Source of the DNA: Zancudomyces culisetae HAW-14-8
Taxonomy: Eukaryota; Fungi; Kickxellomycota
Direction: 5' to 3'
Length of the DNA: 64,000 nucleotides
Assembly: GCA_052426225.1 (NCBI GenBank)
Contig: JBNJNM010000011.1
Span: 2,108,001-2,172,000, forward strand
Positions 61,377 through 64,000 of this stretch are shown in pieces. The notes beneath the pieces were generated by a model that saw only the letters and a list, made by a program, of their open reading frames with translations, did not search any database and was not told where the DNA came from. Positions within the stretch are counted from its first letter, which is position 1, and every line of letters starts with the position of its first letter. The position numbers were made by a program, and so were the translations under genes.

Positions 61377-64000
61377 ATGCTGGGTAGAGCCGCCGAAACA
61401 AGCGTATTTTCAGGGAGAAATCCGCTTTTGTTTACCAAAGGCGACCCGCTTTCATTATTTTTTATACAGCTCATAGTGATATTGCTTGTATGTAGAGCTG
61501 TCAATTTTGTTATAAGATGGTTGAACCAGCCGAAAGTGATATCAGAGATCATTGGTGGTATAATACTTGGGCCTACTGTACTTGGAAGATGGACAGCATT
61601 TTCAGAGACAGTCTTTCCACAAGATTCGCTTTCATATTTAGGATTTATCGCAAACTTTGGTTTGGTTCTGTTCCTATTTATGGTCGGTATGGAAATGGAT
61701 ACAAGAGTATTTTTGAGGAAAATCAAGAGCAGTGTGCTAATAAGCGCAGCGGGAATAGTATTTCCATTTTTGCTCGGGATGGGTGTTAGTTACTTGGTCT
61801 ACAGTAGGGTACAAAAGACAGGAGAGTTCTTCATATTCATGCTATTTTGCGGTGTTTCTATGTCAATAACAGCCTTTCCTGTTTTAGCCAGAATTCTAAA
61901 CGAACTAAAGCTACTTAAAACAAGAGTCGGAATAGTTACGATCACAGCAGCATCGGTAGATGATATTATTGCGTGGGTATTGCTTGCACTGGTCATTACT
62001 CTTTCTAAAAGCGCCAACAAGTTTACTGCGCTCTGGATTTCACTGACTGGACTTGCCTATGTAGTATTTGTTTTGACAGTTGTCAAAAAGATATACGTAA
62101 GCTATCTAAAACGGCATGGATATTTGGGTGGTAGAGATCCAACACCACATGTTGTGTTTATAACCTTTACTATGGTTTTCTTATCGGCGTGGTTTACAGA
62201 TATTTTAGGGATTCACGCAATATTTGGAGGTTATATTATTGGAATCATTGTTCCACACTCGAATGGATTTGCCATTAAGCTAACTGAAAAAATCGAGGAC
62301 CTGGTCAGTATTTTTTTCCTACCAATATACTTTGCACTTTCAGGGCTGAAAACGGATCTTGGCAGTATCGACGGAATTTTAAATTGGCTGTTATTGGTGC
62401 TAATAGTGGTTGTTGCATTTTTAGGAAAGGTCGTTGGTTGCTTTGGAGCGGCCAGGTTAGTGAAATTGGATAAAAGGGAATCGTTGACAATAGGAGTGTT
62501 GATGAGTTGCAAAGGGTTGGTGGAGTTAATTGTTCTAAATATTGGCTTGGAAGCAAAGCTGATTAATGAGCAGGTATTTTCAATTCTTGTGTTTACAGCG
62601 CTTGTACTAACTGTCGTAACAACACCTATTGTGAAATTCATTTATCCAAAATCCCGCCAAAAGTATGCACCATCTATTTCAAGTGAGCAACCAAACAAAG
62701 ATTTAGAGTTAAACACCTTACAGACTGCAAATTTCAATCAAGATTGGAGCTATTTACAAATACTTATAGTCTTAAACAAGATGCAGCAAATCCCTTCTGT
62801 AATAACACTAGTTAATATCTTGAACCGAAAACGAAAAGAAAACTTGCGGAGGAGTAGTGGTGTGAGCAATAAATTAGTAAATGACAAGGAGAGCGGAGTT
62901 TTAAAGTTTATAAAGCTATCAGTTTTACGGCTTGTCGAATTGACAGGTAGAGACTCTTCAATAATGTTGAAGATTGAAAAAGAAGACATGGAAAAGATCG
63001 ATCCTGTGTTATCTACTTTTAGAGCATACACACGCACAGCCAATCTAAAATCGACATTCGACCTTGCGATAAACCGACCAGAGATGCACGGCGAGAAGGT
63101 AGCTGAGCAGGCAAATGTTGATAGGGCAGATCTGTTGATGTTATCAGCATTTGGAGTTACGCAGAGCTTAGATGCTCAACAAAGCGGAAAAAGAGATGGT
63201 TTTTTTGAGGAGGTCAGCCCCGTAGGGTTTTCAATTCAGTATGACTCTGTACTAGTTGATAAAGCAATAAAGTCAACAACTACGAATGTGGCAGTATTTA
63301 TCAATAGAGGGTTAGCTAGCGAAGATGTTGGGGAAGAATCTTTTGGGCTACTTGATCCAGAAAAAGAGGCGAGGATACGTACTATGTTAAGTAATTCAGA
63401 TCTCTTGGAAACTAAGGAGAACAATCTAAACAGCCTTAAAGAGATAAACAAAAATCTGTTTAAGGGTGTTGATTTGAGTCTACCAATAGTGTTGCTTCCA
63501 TTTTTTGGAGGAAAGGATGATCGACTTGCATTAAGCACGCTAGTACAGCTATGCGGCAACTCCAATGTAAATGTTTTAGTGGTTCATTTTCTGTGTACAG
63601 CTCAATCTACTATCCAAGTTCTTTCCACAGGCTCCAGTTCTAAGAATCCCGAGCCCTTTCATCCAACAACAGATATACATGGAAATGGAGGGGAGGGCGT
63701 GGAGTCGCAGAGTGCTAGGTTGGGTACTGAGGGGGGCGAGTACTCTAGATTTTATTCCACTTCACCTATGGTATCTGTTAATCACGAAAAAAAGTTAGTG
63801 TGTAGAAAATCGGATGTAGACTTACTCGAATCACTTTTGGAAGTAGAGGTTCAAAACCACTTTTCAAATGAAACACTAGAGGGTGCATCGCTGTTTGGAC
63901 GGTTGGATACTTCAAATAATACAAGTAATGGCGATGAATCCAGAAATCCGAATAAAAATAGGAGCGTTACACAACTGTTATCCCGAATACCGCAAACTCT
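61377..64000 (+). CDS. KHA1: K+/H+ antiporter Kha1 (CPA2/CHX family), 3' end beyond the window; not in the ORF track
   Basis: Frame open from ATG 61377: QPKVISEIIGGIILGPT, ITAFPVLARIL, DDIIAW, GIHAIFGG, CKGLVELIVLNIG, FFGGKDDR. Confidence 0.93.
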   Translation, partial: MLGRAAETSVFSGRNPLLFTKGDPLSLFFIQLIVILLVCRAVNFVIRWLNQPKVISEIIGGIILGPTVLGRWTAFSETVFPQDSLSYLGFIANFGLVLFLFMVGMEMDTRVFLRKIKSSVLISAAGIVFPFLLGMGVSYLVYSRVQKTGEFFIFMLFCGVSMSITAFPVLARILNELKLLKTRVGIVTITAASVDDIIAWVLLALVITLSKSANKFTALWISLTGLAYVVFVLTVVKKIYVSYLKRHGYLGGRDPTPHVVFITFTMVFLSAWFTDILGIHAIFGGYIIGIIVPHSNGFAIKLTEKIEDLVSIFFLPIYFALSGLKTDLGSIDGILNWLLLVLIVVVAFLGKVVGCFGAARLVKLDKRESLTIGVLMSCKGLVELIVLNIGLEAKLINEQVFSILVFTALVLTVVTTPIVKFIYPKSRQKYAPSISSEQPNKDLELNTLQTANFNQDWSYLQILIVLNKMQQIPSVITLVNILNRKRKENLRRSSGVSNKLVNDKESGVLKFIKLSVLRLVELTGRDSSIMLKIEKEDMEKIDPVLSTFRAYTRTANLKSTFDLAINRPEMHGEKVAEQANVDRADLLMLSAFGVTQSLDAQQSGKRDGFFEEVSPVGFSIQYDSVLVDKAIKSTTTNVAVFINRGLASEDVGEESFGLLDPEKEARIRTMLSNSDLLETKENNLNSLKEINKNLFKGVDLSLPIVLLPFFGGKDDRLALSTLVQLCGNSNVNVLVVHFLCTAQSTIQVLSTGSSSKNPEPFHPTTDIHGNGGEGVESQSARLGTEGGEYSRFYSTSPMVSVNHEKKLVCRKSDVDLLESLLEVEVQNHFSNETLEGASLFGRLDTSNNTSNGDESRNPNKNRSVTQLLSRIPQT

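Noticed and set aside
1-64000. Search for selenoprotein UGA codons, tRNAs, rRNA, transposons and CRISPR arrays
   Set aside because: All gene models I could close did so without in-frame TGA; no cloverleaf, rRNA, transposase/RT motif or repeat-spacer array was recognised by eye

Overview
AT-rich, gene-dense eukaryotic DNA with short GT-AG introns. The proteins point to an early-diverging fungus; Zoopagomycota/Kickxellomycotina, possibly a Harpellales insect-gut fungus, is my inference from protein style, compactness and composition, not proof. About 23 protein-coding genes are supported: an MFS transporter, an ACC-synthase-like aminotransferase, RLI1/ABCE1, a small membrane protein, PRE4, RAM2, DBP8, an alpha/beta hydrolase, TAF12, TEL2-like, ATX1 (missed by the ORF track), INCENP, EPL1, a secreted carboxypeptidase Q, TUP1, MAU2/Scc4-like, cenH3/CENP-A, a signal-peptide beta-carbonic anhydrase, a CDF metal transporter, two tandem SVF1 paralogues, ERV2 and KHA1 (runs off the window end; missed by the ORF track). 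No tRNA, rRNA, CRISPR array or transposon was recognised. The most unusual signal is a repeated purine-to-pyrimidine strand-skew flip with a local GC rise inside three genes (about 6.5, 27.8 and 40.75 kb). It is visible at synonymous sites and resembles the footprint of recurrent double-strand-break/recombination hotspots. Other leads are a possible micro-exon gene plus a structured hairpin at 24.2-25.55 kb, a secreted beta-CA, and a loose cluster of chromosome-segregation genes.
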